Source: an uncultured Cytophagia bacterium (GTDB lineage Bacteria > Zhuqueibacterota > Zhuqueibacteria > Oleimicrobiales > Geothermoviventaceae). Taken from it: a stretch of DNA of 64,000 nucleotides. Below, one piece after another: positions 28,928 to 38,601 of the stretch. The stretch lies in contig CAZXXS010000078.1 in the NCBI GenBank assembly GCA_964644845.1, positions 3,561 through 67,560 on the forward strand, written 5' to 3'. Both the position numbers and the translations under genes were made by a program. Below the pieces are notes generated by a model. That model did not search any database, was not told the DNA's origin, and saw only the letters and a list, made by a program, of their open reading frames with translations. Positions within the stretch are counted from its first letter, which is position 1, and the number at the start of each line of letters is the position of its first letter.

Positions 28928-31024
28928 ATGAAGCGCCAGGGGTGCGTCATTTTCGCAGTGTTCATGTTGCTGACAGCGAGCAGCACGCCAACGCTCGCCC
29001 AGTACGTGCCGTTTCGTGCCTGGGACGACAAAGCGCTAAGCTGGAATGTGCTACGCTGGGGCTACGGCCAGATGCTGGAGGATCACATCCGCCGGGTGGC
29101 ATTTGAGGCAAACCTGCACAGAGCTTGGCCGAAGACTCCGCAAGCCATTCGGGAAAAGCAAAGAGCGTTGCGTGCCCAGTTGTGGCACATCTTCGGACTG
29201 GACCAGCTGAAGAAAGTTCCTCTCCAGGCGAGAATCACCGGGGAAGTAGACCGCGGAAATTTCGTCATCCAAAAGTTGATCTACCGGAGTCTTCCAGGGG
29301 TGTACGTGACGGGAAATGTCTACGTACCGAAGGATGGACAACAGAAGCATCCGGCAGTCTTTTGCCCACATGGCCACTGGCCGCAGGGGCGTTTTCAGCC
29401 CGCCGTTCAAGCGCGAGCCGTTGGTCTCGTCAACCTGGGGTACGTCGTCTTGACCATCGACAAGTACGGTTACGGCGAACGGCGTTTCACCGGTCACTGG
29501 GACGCTTTCTACCTGCTGCCTTCAGGACTGACGCTGGAGGGGCTGCAGATCTGGGACAACATGCGCGGCATCGACTACCTGCTCAGCCGGTCCGACGTCG
29601 ATCCAAGTCGGATTGGCATCACTGGCGCATCCGGTGGCGGCAACCAAACCATGTACACCGCAGCCCTGGACACTCGGATCGCAGCGGCTGTGCCTACGGC
29701 CTCGGTAAACACGTTCGATGGCCTTTTCTTCCGCGGTATTGGCTGTGTCTGTGAAGGGACTCCGAACATCCTGCGCTTCGCCGACGAGTGGGATGTGCTC
29801 GCTTGCATCGCCCCACGGGCGCTGTTGATCCCCAGCAACGTGCTCGACCCCATCTTCCCCGTCGCAAAGACCCGCGAAGCGTACTTTCGCACACGGGACG
29901 TTTACGCAGCTCTGAACGCCAGGGACCGCATCGCCATCCGGCACTTCTACGACAAGCATTCTTACAACCGCGAGGTCCGGGAGGTGATGTACGGATGGTT
30001 CGAACACGTTTTCAGACACAAGAAATTTGAGGCTGTACCTGAGCGTCCTGAGTGGCTCCCAACGGAAGATTTTAGCGAGCTTAGAGTTCTGGAAGACGGT
30101 AAATTTCCAGAGGACGCAAAAACACTTACCGACATTGCGATTGCCTTCGGGCGCCGGTTTGAACACCCGCAGAAGTTCGCCGCAAAAAGGGAGCTGGAAT
30201 CCTACCGAAAAAAGGTGCTACCTTTCCTGCGCGACCAGGTCTTTGGTGGTTTTCCCGAAGAGCCCGGTGAGGTCAGGGTTCAGGTCATCGACACCACGAA
30301 CTACCGAGGCTGGCGAATGGAAAAGTGGCTCATCTGGAGCGATTGGGACATTTTGCTTCCGGCCGTGTTCGTCCACGCAGAAAAACCGGTGGGAACCGTC
30401 GTCCTGGCGAATTCAGCCGGTAAGTCGCGCGCTTTCGTCGACAACTGGGTCCTCGAAGCCCACAACCGCGATTTCAACGTGCTCGCCGTCGATCTTCGGG
30501 GTGTAGGTGAAACGGCGGAGAAGACGCGCCTCCTTGTACAGAACGGACTCGTGGCCGGAAAACCGGTTCTCGGCGAATGGGTCTGGGACTACCGTCGCTG
30601 CGTCGATGCCTTGCAGCGACAGAACGTCCAACCGGAAACGCCTGTGTTCCTCGTAGGTGACGGCCCCCTGGGCCTTTCTGCAGCTCTGACCCCCTTGTTC
30701 GACCGACGGGTTCGCGGCGTTGCAACTTTGGGAACTCTTGGAACGTACATCGCACGCGACCGCTACGATGTAGACTGGGTGTACTACCTGCATGGGATCC
30801 TGAAGGAAGCAGACATTCCGCAGTTACTGGCCCTGGCAGCTCCTGCGCGGCTGGTTCTAGCCGGAGCCATCTGGCCTTCTGGCGAACCAGTAACATCCGA
30901 GGAAGCTCGACAGCTCTTTCAGCCAGTGGCTAGCGCGTACAAGCTTCTGGGTCAGACAAAGCAATTCGTTTTGCTCCACAAAACCGGCATTCGTGCTTCC
31001 CTGAAGGCGCTGTTGCCTCAGTGA
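28928..31024 (+). CDS. Secreted tandem alpha/beta-hydrolase (acetylxylan-esterase-like)
   Basis: Signal peptide; PHGHW, IGITGASGGG nucleophile elbow, DPIFP; second degenerate hydrolase domain (AVDLRGVGE; LVGDG lacking Ser). Confidence 0.82.
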   Translation: MKRQGCVIFAVFMLLTASSTPTLAQYVPFRAWDDKALSWNVLRWGYGQMLEDHIRRVAFEANLHRAWPKTPQAIREKQRALRAQLWHIFGLDQLKKVPLQARITGEVDRGNFVIQKLIYRSLPGVYVTGNVYVPKDGQQKHPAVFCPHGHWPQGRFQPAVQARAVGLVNLGYVVLTIDKYGYGERRFTGHWDAFYLLPSGLTLEGLQIWDNMRGIDYLLSRSDVDPSRIGITGASGGGNQTMYTAALDTRIAAAVPTASVNTFDGLFFRGIGCVCEGTPNILRFADEWDVLACIAPRALLIPSNVLDPIFPVAKTREAYFRTRDVYAALNARDRIAIRHFYDKHSYNREVREVMYGWFEHVFRHKKFEAVPERPEWLPTEDFSELRVLEDGKFPEDAKTLTDIAIAFGRRFEHPQKFAAKRELESYRKKVLPFLRDQVFGGFPEEPGEVRVQVIDTTNYRGWRMEKWLIWSDWDILLPAVFVHAEKPVGTVVLANSAGKSRAFVDNWVLEAHNRDFNVLAVDLRGVGETAEKTRLLVQNGLVAGKPVLGEWVWDYRRCVDALQRQNVQPETPVFLVGDGPLGLSAALTPLFDRRVRGVATLGTLGTYIARDRYDVDWVYYLHGILKEADIPQLLALAAPARLVLAGAIWPSGEPVTSEEARQLFQPVASAYKLLGQTKQFVLLHKTGIRASLKALLPQ

Positions 31025-31192
31025 CAGCCTCATTTTCGGGTAGCTTCGTCGAAGCGTTCAGCATCGTGTCGGTCCCGAACTGTGGCACCCCCGTTTGCGT
31101 CGAGTTTGGCCTGTTCAATCACGGCATTTCGCTGTTGCGAACCAAGCAGTACCAGGTGCTTTGAAACGTACAAGTCTTTCCGGAGGCAGGTG

Positions 31193-32263
31193 ATGACCGA
31201 ACTAACGTCCCGAGAACGTGTCCTACTGGCCCTCTCGCACCGCAAGCCGGACCGTGTGCCCATTCACGACGCACCGTGGGAAACCACCATCGACCGCTGG
31301 AAACAGGAAGGCATGCCAGCAAACGCCATTCCGGAGGAGTACTTCGGCTACGAGCTGCGATTGTTCGGCTTTGATGGCTCGCTCCAGCTCCCGAAAAAGG
31401 TTGTGGAAGAAACCGACGAGTTTGTAATCGTCAGAAACGCGGACGGAGCGACCCGGAAGGACTGGAAACACCGGACGTCCACGCCAGGGTACCACGAATT
31501 TTTGATCCAGGATCGTGCAGCGTGGGAGGAACACAAGCACCGTTTGGCGTGGAACGATTCGCGGGTGGAGTGGGAAAAGGAGCTGAAGCGTTTCCGGCGG
31601 GAAAAAGAAGCCGAACGTTTTTGCGTGTTCGCAGCCGTAACCGGTTACGACCGGGCCCAGGGCCTAATTGGCAGCGAGCGACTTCTGATTGCCATGCTGG
31701 AAGATCCAGCCTGGATCAGAGACGTGTTTGCAACCGTCGCTGATCTGACAATTCAGGCCGCTGAAGAAATGCTGGCTCGCGGATTCGACTTCGACGGCGT
31801 TTGGCTGTTCAACGACATGGGCTACCGGAACGCCACCTTGTTCTCACCTCAACTCTACCGGGAGCTGATCAAACCAATCGACCATCGCCTTGTGGACTTT
31901 TTCCACGGCCGAGGGCTCAAAGTCATTCTGCACAGCTGTGGTTGCGTGAAAGCCCTCATTCCGGACCTCATCGAAGTAGGGTTCGACTGTCTCCAGCCTC
32001 TGGAAACCAAAGCAGGAATGGATCTCGTGGAGCTCAAGAAGCTCTACGGTGATGCACTGGCGTTCATGGGAGGCATCGACGTACGGAAAATGGCTCACCC
32101 AGACCCAGCGGTCATCGAAGAGGAGATCCGGATCAAGTTCGCTGCCGGGATGGCTGACGGTGGGTACATTTACCACTCAGACCACTCCGTCCCGGACAAC
32201 GTATCCCTGGAACGGTACCGTTACGTGCTCGACCTTGTGCAGAAGTACGGTATCTACCAGTAA
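31193..32263 (+). CDS. Uroporphyrinogen decarboxylase-like / MtaA-CmuA family protein
   Basis: MTSRERV-like start, PDRVP, FNDMG, ILHSCG, LQPLE, LAFMGGID, GGYIYHSDHSVP; GGAGG RBS, start ATG 31193. Confidence 0.85.
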   Translation: MTELTSRERVLLALSHRKPDRVPIHDAPWETTIDRWKQEGMPANAIPEEYFGYELRLFGFDGSLQLPKKVVEETDEFVIVRNADGATRKDWKHRTSTPGYHEFLIQDRAAWEEHKHRLAWNDSRVEWEKELKRFRREKEAERFCVFAAVTGYDRAQGLIGSERLLIAMLEDPAWIRDVFATVADLTIQAAEEMLARGFDFDGVWLFNDMGYRNATLFSPQLYRELIKPIDHRLVDFFHGRGLKVILHSCGCVKALIPDLIEVGFDCLQPLETKAGMDLVELKKLYGDALAFMGGIDVRKMAHPDPAVIEEEIRIKFAAGMADGGYIYHSDHSVPDNVSLERYRYVLDLVQKYGIYQ

Positions 32264-32319
32264 TTCCGGTCGTTTTGCCGCTTTGGGGTCTGGAAAAAGC
32301 GGGGAAGGAGGGGAAAATC

Positions 32320-33375
32320 ATGACGCAAGCAAAACAGGCACACAGACGCAGGGTGCTGTTGCCCCCTGGATACGCTGAACTACTGGAAGCGCTGAAAGCC
32401 CGGATTCGGTCGGCACAGGTTCGGGCGGCACTTTCAGTAAATCGAGAGCTTGTGCTTTTGTACTGGCAAATCGGTAAAGACATTTTGGAGCGGCAACGCC
32501 GGGAGGGTTGGGGCAGCAAGGTCATTGACCGGCTTGCGCGCGACCTGAAACGGGAATTCCCGAAGATGAGGGGGTTTTCGCCCCGCAATCTAAAGTACAT
32601 GCGCACATTCGCGGAGGTCTACCCCAATGAGGAATTTGTGCAAGAGGTACTTGCACAAATTCCGTGGTACCACAACATCACCCTCTTGGAGAAAGTAAAA
32701 GATCCACACGAGCGTCTCTGGTACGTCCAGCAAACACTGCAGAACGGTTGGAGCCGGAACGTTCTGGTTCTTCAGATTGAGAACGGTCTTTACTGGCGCC
32801 AGGGCAAAGCGGTCACTAACTTCGAAGCCACTCTGCCTCCGGCGCAGTCCGACCTGGCCCGTTCTTTGATCAAGGATCCCTACGTTTTCGACTTCCTCTC
32901 ACTGGGCCTCGAAGCGCAAGAACGCGATGTCCAGCGAGAACTTCAGAACCATCTTCGCGATTTTCTTCTGGAGCTGGGGAAAGGTTTCGCGTTTGTGGGC
33001 AGCCAGTACCGGTTAGAGGTAGGTGGAGAGGATTTCTACATCGACTTGCTCTTTTACCAGATCCGGCTGCGTTGCTACGTCGTGATTGACCTAAAGGTGG
33101 GCAAATTCAGACCCGAGTACGCAGGTAAGATGAGTTTCTACCTTTCAGCCGTAGACAACCTGCTCCGGGGGCCTGCTGATCGTCCCAGCATTGGCCTCAT
33201 TCTTTGCAGAGACAAGAATCGGGTTGTGACCGAGTACACGTTGCGAGATTTGCACAAGCCGATGGGCGTCGCGACGTACCGGGTCGGTCAGGCGTTGCCG
33301 GCGGAGCTGCAGCAAACGCTGCCCACACCAGAGGAACTGGAAGCACAATTCCGTCATCTGCCCCCACAACCCTGA
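32320..33375 (+). CDS. DUF1016 / YhcG PDDEXK nuclease domain protein
   Basis: VNRELVLLYWQIG, GWGSKVIDRLARDL, GFSPRNLKYM, KDPYVFDFL, FLLELGKGFAFVG, IDLLFY, VIDLK motifs. Confidence 0.93.
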   Translation: MTQAKQAHRRRVLLPPGYAELLEALKARIRSAQVRAALSVNRELVLLYWQIGKDILERQRREGWGSKVIDRLARDLKREFPKMRGFSPRNLKYMRTFAEVYPNEEFVQEVLAQIPWYHNITLLEKVKDPHERLWYVQQTLQNGWSRNVLVLQIENGLYWRQGKAVTNFEATLPPAQSDLARSLIKDPYVFDFLSLGLEAQERDVQRELQNHLRDFLLELGKGFAFVGSQYRLEVGGEDFYIDLLFYQIRLRCYVVIDLKVGKFRPEYAGKMSFYLSAVDNLLRGPADRPSIGLILCRDKNRVVTEYTLRDLHKPMGVATYRVGQALPAELQQTLPTPEELEAQFRHLPPQP

Positions 33376-33644
33376 ACGGGGCTGAAGCTCGCCCGGTAGA
33401 ACAAACCACTCATCCTTTCGAATTCAGGTTCAACCCGTCGAGTCTGGCCACGGAGCTGGCTCGTCTCGACAGGCCGTCGGGCTCGGCGAAGCCAATCCCC
33501 AGGCCCAAAGGGAGCAGAACAGTTCTGAACCGTGGGGCGAGGACAGGCTACGCGGCGCCGGGATTGTCGCTGCCCCCGTCCCTACCGGACGGGATTTCTC
33601 CGCGTGGTCCAACCTGCTTTTCCACGGAGGTTCCAGATCGCGCG

Positions 33645-35075
33645 CTAAAACCGGCTGTTCAATCGAAATTCGACACCCCGAAATTCGGGCACGAAAGCGC
33701 AAACGCCCCCGGAACAGAGCAAACCCGCCCGCCTTGAGCCAATCGTCAGCACAGCCTGGTGCCGTCCGTCCAGGGTAGCCGAAAAAACGAGAGCCGGAAG
33801 CGTCTTCCGCTCCTCAATCGGATTGGAACTCCGGTCGATTTGCACTGCAACAGAGTAAGAGGAGGCTTTCGCCAGATTGAACGTCACCAACTGGTTCCAG
33901 TAGTTAGGTCCATCCACCAGGCGTACACGCTGGAGCTGAACGTCCAGGAATGTGCTCCAGACTGTGGTCAGGTAGCGTTCTACTTCAATTGCCCCCGTCC
34001 GCACGCTCTCCCGTCCGAACATGTGGTCCGACGTTTCATCCAGCACAGCCCTGAGATTCCACTGTCCAAGTTGTTCGTAGCGGACGTCCAGAAACCACTC
34101 GTGGTAACGCGAATGAGGAGCGTTCGTGTGGGTAGCTCCACGATTAACAAGCACGACCACGGACCATCCCGTTGCCGGAGCAGACGTGAATTGAACCTGA
34201 AACCCACGTTCATCCCGCGGCCACAGCAAATGCGTGTGCCGATTCAGGAGAGCCACGGAGTGCGTCGGCACCAACGGCGGAGGATTGTTGAACGGGAGAT
34301 CGAAATTCAGGTAGTCTTTCCACTCGAAACTGAAAGCCCCAAGCGGCAGAGCGACCGACGCTGCCGTGTAGAAGGCGTGCGAAGCAGCACCTCTGAACCA
34401 GACTCCCACGCTCCGCCAGGCGTATTCGGACGTCACGTTGAGCAAATCACCGAGCCAGTGTGCGCGCACGGCCCCAAAATCCGCTCGATCAAAAGCAAAC
34501 CGGTCGGAAGGGTACCAGCGCATCGCCGCCGTACCAACCTTAAACCTCGGCATCAGCCAAAGGTTGACGTCCGCTCCTCTGACCACGTTCTCGCGTCGTC
34601 CGGTCTCTGGACTGAGGGGTTGCGCAGAGAAAAAACGCCCATCTGCCCGGGAACCCTGATACTCCAGCCACACGCCGTCCGCGTTCCGATCCTGGACGAA
34701 TGAACGCTCGATTCGATCCAAAACCAGCGTGCGCAGCTCGAAAGATTGGAAGAGCAAGCCTTGCCCGATCTTCTCGTAGTAATTGCCGAAACGCATCCGC
34801 AGTCCACCGTGACGGACCTCCACGAAACGCTGACTAATTTTGCCGAACGAACCCAACTGCGGGGTGGACTGGGCCATCTCCAACCGGAAACCAAAACGAA
34901 TATTCTGCGCCCAGAAATCTGTGTCCAGCCAGTCGCGCAACACATCCGAATTGTCCGCCGTCGACCTGCTGTACTCAAGGCGGTTGGCAGCAAGCACGTT
35001 GTCAAATGGCTGTGCCCGTCCCCACGTTGGGAAAACTACCAGTCCGATTCCCGCCACTGTCCACCAGAGCTTCAT
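33645..35075 (-). CDS. DUF6029-like outer-membrane beta-barrel with a C-terminal CSGGVC loop
   Basis: Signal peptide (start ATG 35075); GNYYEKIGQGLLFQSFE motif; C-terminus RRAGLLCSGGVCAFVPEFRGVEFRLNSRF with terminal Phe (BAM-type signal). Confidence 0.8.
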   Translation of the reverse strand: MKLWWTVAGIGLVVFPTWGRAQPFDNVLAANRLEYSRSTADNSDVLRDWLDTDFWAQNIRFGFRLEMAQSTPQLGSFGKISQRFVEVRHGGLRMRFGNYYEKIGQGLLFQSFELRTLVLDRIERSFVQDRNADGVWLEYQGSRADGRFFSAQPLSPETGRRENVVRGADVNLWLMPRFKVGTAAMRWYPSDRFAFDRADFGAVRAHWLGDLLNVTSEYAWRSVGVWFRGAASHAFYTAASVALPLGAFSFEWKDYLNFDLPFNNPPPLVPTHSVALLNRHTHLLWPRDERGFQVQFTSAPATGWSVVVLVNRGATHTNAPHSRYHEWFLDVRYEQLGQWNLRAVLDETSDHMFGRESVRTGAIEVERYLTTVWSTFLDVQLQRVRLVDGPNYWNQLVTFNLAKASSYSVAVQIDRSSNPIEERKTLPALVFSATLDGRHQAVLTIGSRRAGLLCSGGVCAFVPEFRGVEFRLNSRF

Positions 35076-35223
35076 CCGTCGCCGTACTCTGTGTGCGTTA
35101 TTTGGCCGCTGTCCTTTCACCTCAGGTTTCCCGTAAAGATCAACGCGTCGCTACAGAAGCACTTTTCACCTGTCAACAGCCTCGTCACCCTCATCAACAA
35201 GTCGAAAGCGAAGTCGAAGTCGT

Positions 35224-35751
35224 TCACTCTTCTGTCCGCTGCCAGTCTTTCAAGGCCCGAATCACTGCCTCCTCAAGCGTTTTTTCATCCCCAGGCGAAT
35301 AACCCACGTGCTCCCAGAGAACCTGCAAATCCTTCCCGATGAGCAGGCTCGTGGGCAACACACTCACGCGAAACAAACGCGACAATTCCTGATTTCGATC
35401 AAGGATCACGGTAAAGCGGAAACGTCGTCCGCGTACGAGCGAGCGAACACGGGAGGCTGTGGCCTCACCGTCCTCGCTGATGGCCAGCAGCGAAAAACCG
35501 TCCCCTTTGAAGCGGGCGAAAATCTCGTCCAGGTAGGGCAATTCCTTTTGACAGGGAGCGCACCAGGTGGCCCAGAAGTTCAGAAGGACGGGTCCCTTCT
35601 CTGTGAGCTCACTCAAGTGCACACGTTTCCCATCGAGGGAACGTGCTCGAAGATCAGGAACGCGTCTCAAATCCCCAGCTGCGAACCCGGGCGCCCTACC
35701 CAGGAGAAGAACAACGAGGGCCAAAACAACCGTCCGGCTAAGAGTTCGCAT
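35224..35751 (-). CDS. Exported TlpA-family thiol-disulfide oxidoreductase
   Basis: Signal peptide; LLNFWATWCAPC active site; cis-Pro VLPT. Confidence 0.93.
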   Translation of the reverse strand: MRTLSRTVVLALVVLLLGRAPGFAAGDLRRVPDLRARSLDGKRVHLSELTEKGPVLLNFWATWCAPCQKELPYLDEIFARFKGDGFSLLAISEDGEATASRVRSLVRGRRFRFTVILDRNQELSRLFRVSVLPTSLLIGKDLQVLWEHVGYSPGDEKTLEEAVIRALKDWQRTEE

Positions 35752-35963
35752 CTCAAAACCTCTTCAGCTTTGCGTGGAAACGACCGACCCAGGCTAGCAG
35801 TGCAGCCTTCTTACCGCCCTGCCGCAGCTTAAATTCGTCTCGGTAGACATACCTTCGGGAAAGCGCGACGACGTTTGCGCTCAGCCTGGGAAACCTGGTC
35901 AGACCTCGCAGGGTGGTTGGCCCCAGCACTGCCGTCCCAAAGCTGCTCCGTCAGTCCGCGCAA

Positions 35964-36785
35964 CTAACGGAACACCGCAACGCGTCTCGTCGCCACGTCT
36001 TGACCGCACCTTGCGCGGATCAAGTAGACCCCTGCAGGAACTTGGTTACCGCTTCGGTCCCTGCCATCCCAGACAACACTTCTTCCACCAGATCCCACCG
36101 GCCCCCGAAAAAGGAATCGAATTTTCCGGCCCCGGAGATCAAACACCGCCACTTCTACAGGCTCATTTCGAGAGGCCCAGATGCGCACTCGCGCGGCGCT
36201 GGATCTTCCATCCGGCACAAAGGGATTTGGGTAGACGGCACTCAGCTGGAAATTTTCGGGCGCAGCCCTGGGCGTCTCATCCTTCACACCCGTCTGCGGG
36301 AGCCAGGTCTCAATGGTCTGGATGAGCGCCGCTTTGTCGTAGCCGTAGTTGGTGTAACGAACTACCCAATCTGGACTGAGGACCACATTGTGAGGAATGT
36401 ACCCCATCCCGTACTGCCTCCACACCTTCCCCTGGGAGTCCAGTAGAATTTGGTACCTTAGACCAAACTGGTTCCTGAAGGTTTCCACCGTAGAGGCAGC
36501 CTCCTTCAGGTTGATTCCAATGACCTGAAGCCCCTTGTCTTTGTAAACCTCAAAGATGTCTTTCTGTAAGCTCGGAGCCTCCGAGCGGCAGGCAGGTCAC
36601 CACGTCGCAAAGAAATTCAGTAAAACAACTTTTCCTTCGTAGGCTTTCAGCCGCACGTCGGCACCACGAAGGTTCTTGAGAACGAAATCGCGAACGGTGT
36701 CGCCGACGGCGTACTGTGCTTTGCTTGTGACAGGCAATGACAGAAGAAGAGCCACCCCCGCTGCTACGACCCTACCTCCTCGCAT
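35964..36785 (-). CDS. Selenocysteine redoxin (TlpA/AhpC fold, UPAC active site) fused to a FlgD/T9SS-type CTD; Sec at codon 63
   Basis: ORFs 36597..36785 and 35964..36488 share a frame; bridging sequence reads LLNFFATW-TGA-PACRSEAPSLQKDIFEVYKDKGLQVIGIN; signal peptide; cis-Pro YIPH; CTD YPNPF...VFDLRGRKIR...WDGRDRSGNQVPAGVY. Confidence 0.9.
36570..36586 (-). promoter_or_regulatory. Bacterial SECIS hairpin of the Sec redoxin
   Basis: Minus strand GCTCGGA-GGC-TCCGAGC, a perfect stem starting 11 nt after the UGA at 36597-36599. Confidence 0.78.
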
Positions 36786-36896
36786 GTTTTCCTCCCTCTT
36801 GCTGGTGAATACCCGCTTTGCTTAACGAACCACGTCGACGAGATCGATATTCCCGCTAATCGAAAATTCAGAGCCACCCTGTTCGCTCGGTGAAGG

Positions 36897-37799
36897 TCAA
36901 AGGGTTCTGCCAGCCCCCTGCACCTGAGTGCCTGCAAGCCGCTCCAGCGCCTTTACGAGCGCCTGGGTACCGAGCTCTCCCTCTCCTGCCGCCTCGCACG
37001 AGGCAAAAAGCTGGTGGACGGTGCTCACCCCCAGGAGAGGCAGGTGTTCTTGCCGAGCAGCTTCCAGGGCAAGGCGAAGATCTTTTTGCTGCAGCTTGAT
37101 CATGAAGCCGGGTGCGAAATCGCGCTGCACCATTTTGGGACCCAGATTGGCCAGTTGCCACGAGCCAGCAGCCCCACCTTTAGTCGCCTCGATCACTCTG
37201 GCCGGATCAACCCCCATCTTGCTGGCAAAGAGCAGCGCTTCCGAAACCGCAAGATTGGTTACCGCCACCAGGATCTGGTTGCAGAGCTTCGTCGTCTGCC
37301 CCATTCCGTGGTCACCCATGTAAGTGATTGATTTGCCGAGCACCTCGAAAATCGGCAGGCAGCGCTCAAACACGGAACGCTTCCCGCCCACCATGATTGC
37401 CAAAGTCCCTGCCTCTGCTCCGACGTCTCCACCGCTAACCGGCGCATCCAGCATCTCGACGCCTTTCTCGGCCAGACGGGTAGCCATCGCCTGGGTTGCG
37501 GAAGGTGAAATCGTGCTCATGTCGATCACAACCAGTCCTTTTCGGGCCCCCTCGACCACACCGTTCTCGCCGAACAACACCCGTTCCACGTCGGGCGTGT
37601 CTGGCACCATCGTGATAACCACATCCACCTGTTCGGCCACTTCTGCCGGACTTCGAGCCGGCTTCGCCCCTTCACCGGCAAGCTCTTCGACGGCCTGCCG
37701 ACTGCGGTTGTGCACCACAAGCGGGAATCCCGCCTTCAACAAATTCCGGGCCATGGGCTTGCCCATGATCCCCAGACCAATGAACCCAACCCGCTCCAT
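36897..37799 (-). CDS. garR: NAD(P)-dependent beta-hydroxyacid dehydrogenase (2-hydroxy-3-oxopropionate reductase-like)
   Basis: GFIGLGIMGKPMA, IDMSTISP, LDAPVSGG, GQTTKLCNQ, KDLRLAL motifs; AAGGAGGT RBS, start ATG 37799. Substrate not certain. Confidence 0.82.
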   Translation of the reverse strand: MERVGFIGLGIMGKPMARNLLKAGFPLVVHNRSRQAVEELAGEGAKPARSPAEVAEQVDVVITMVPDTPDVERVLFGENGVVEGARKGLVVIDMSTISPSATQAMATRLAEKGVEMLDAPVSGGDVGAEAGTLAIMVGGKRSVFERCLPIFEVLGKSITYMGDHGMGQTTKLCNQILVAVTNLAVSEALLFASKMGVDPARVIEATKGGAAGSWQLANLGPKMVQRDFAPGFMIKLQQKDLRLALEAARQEHLPLLGVSTVHQLFASCEAAGEGELGTQALVKALERLAGTQVQGAGRTL

Positions 37800-38076
37800 T
37801 TTGAACACCTCCTTGCCGAACGCTGTCCATTTCCAGCAAAACCCGGGCTTACGCCTTGAACCAGCTCACGCCGTCGGGAACCGACACGAAAGCAAAGCTC
37901 CAGCGAGATCACCGCGCGCCGCCACCCGACGAGACGCGGACGCAGTAGTCGCCGTCTCCAGCCAGAACAAACGGAGCCACGCGATTTAGCACGGTGTTTG
38001 CAAGCACTGGTCGGAATTTCTCTGCCCAAGCTCCGGGAAAAGCTTTCACTGTCCAATTTCGAAACAGGAGGTCCAG

Positions 38077-38394
38077 TTGAAAACCAGCCAGCTCACCCGC
38101 ACTTTTCTGGCATTCCTGTTCGGTCTGGCAATGGGTACCATGGGGGCGGTCACAGTTGTCCGCGAAGCCGTACCTCTTCGCAACCATGTGGTAATGATCG
38201 GCATTTACCTGGCCGGGGCCGTTCCTCTGGTGCTCATCGTGTTTCTCTGGTACCTGCACGTGGTGCGCACCTTTAAACGGCTGTTGGGCGAGAAAGCTGG
38301 TGCCCTTGTCAGCAACTTCACCTCGCTCGTCTTCGTGGGACTTTTTGTGATGTACCTGCTGGTTGTCGGTCTTTTCTACGCGGCAACATACTGA
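38077..38394 (+). CDS. Hypothetical membrane protein (3 TM, 105 aa)
   Basis: GGAGGT RBS before a TTG start; three hydrophobic helices. Confidence 0.7.
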   Translation: MKTSQLTRTFLAFLFGLAMGTMGAVTVVREAVPLRNHVVMIGIYLAGAVPLVLIVFLWYLHVVRTFKRLLGEKAGALVSNFTSLVFVGLFVMYLLVVGLFYAATY

Positions 38395-38601
38395 GCCACC
38401 TCCAGGCGTTGCCACGTCTGTGTGGGAATCACGGTGCGAAGGTGTTTTTTTCAGGACGCCGGGAGATGTCCGACAAACACGGCCCACGGGCCGTAACGCC
38501 GCAAGCGATCGGCGTACCCAGATCACACCAACCTCGTGATGCACAGGGGTGCTGCCGCACAATCCGCCTTAGAAGGCGGTCACAGCATTCGCCCACCTGC
38601 T

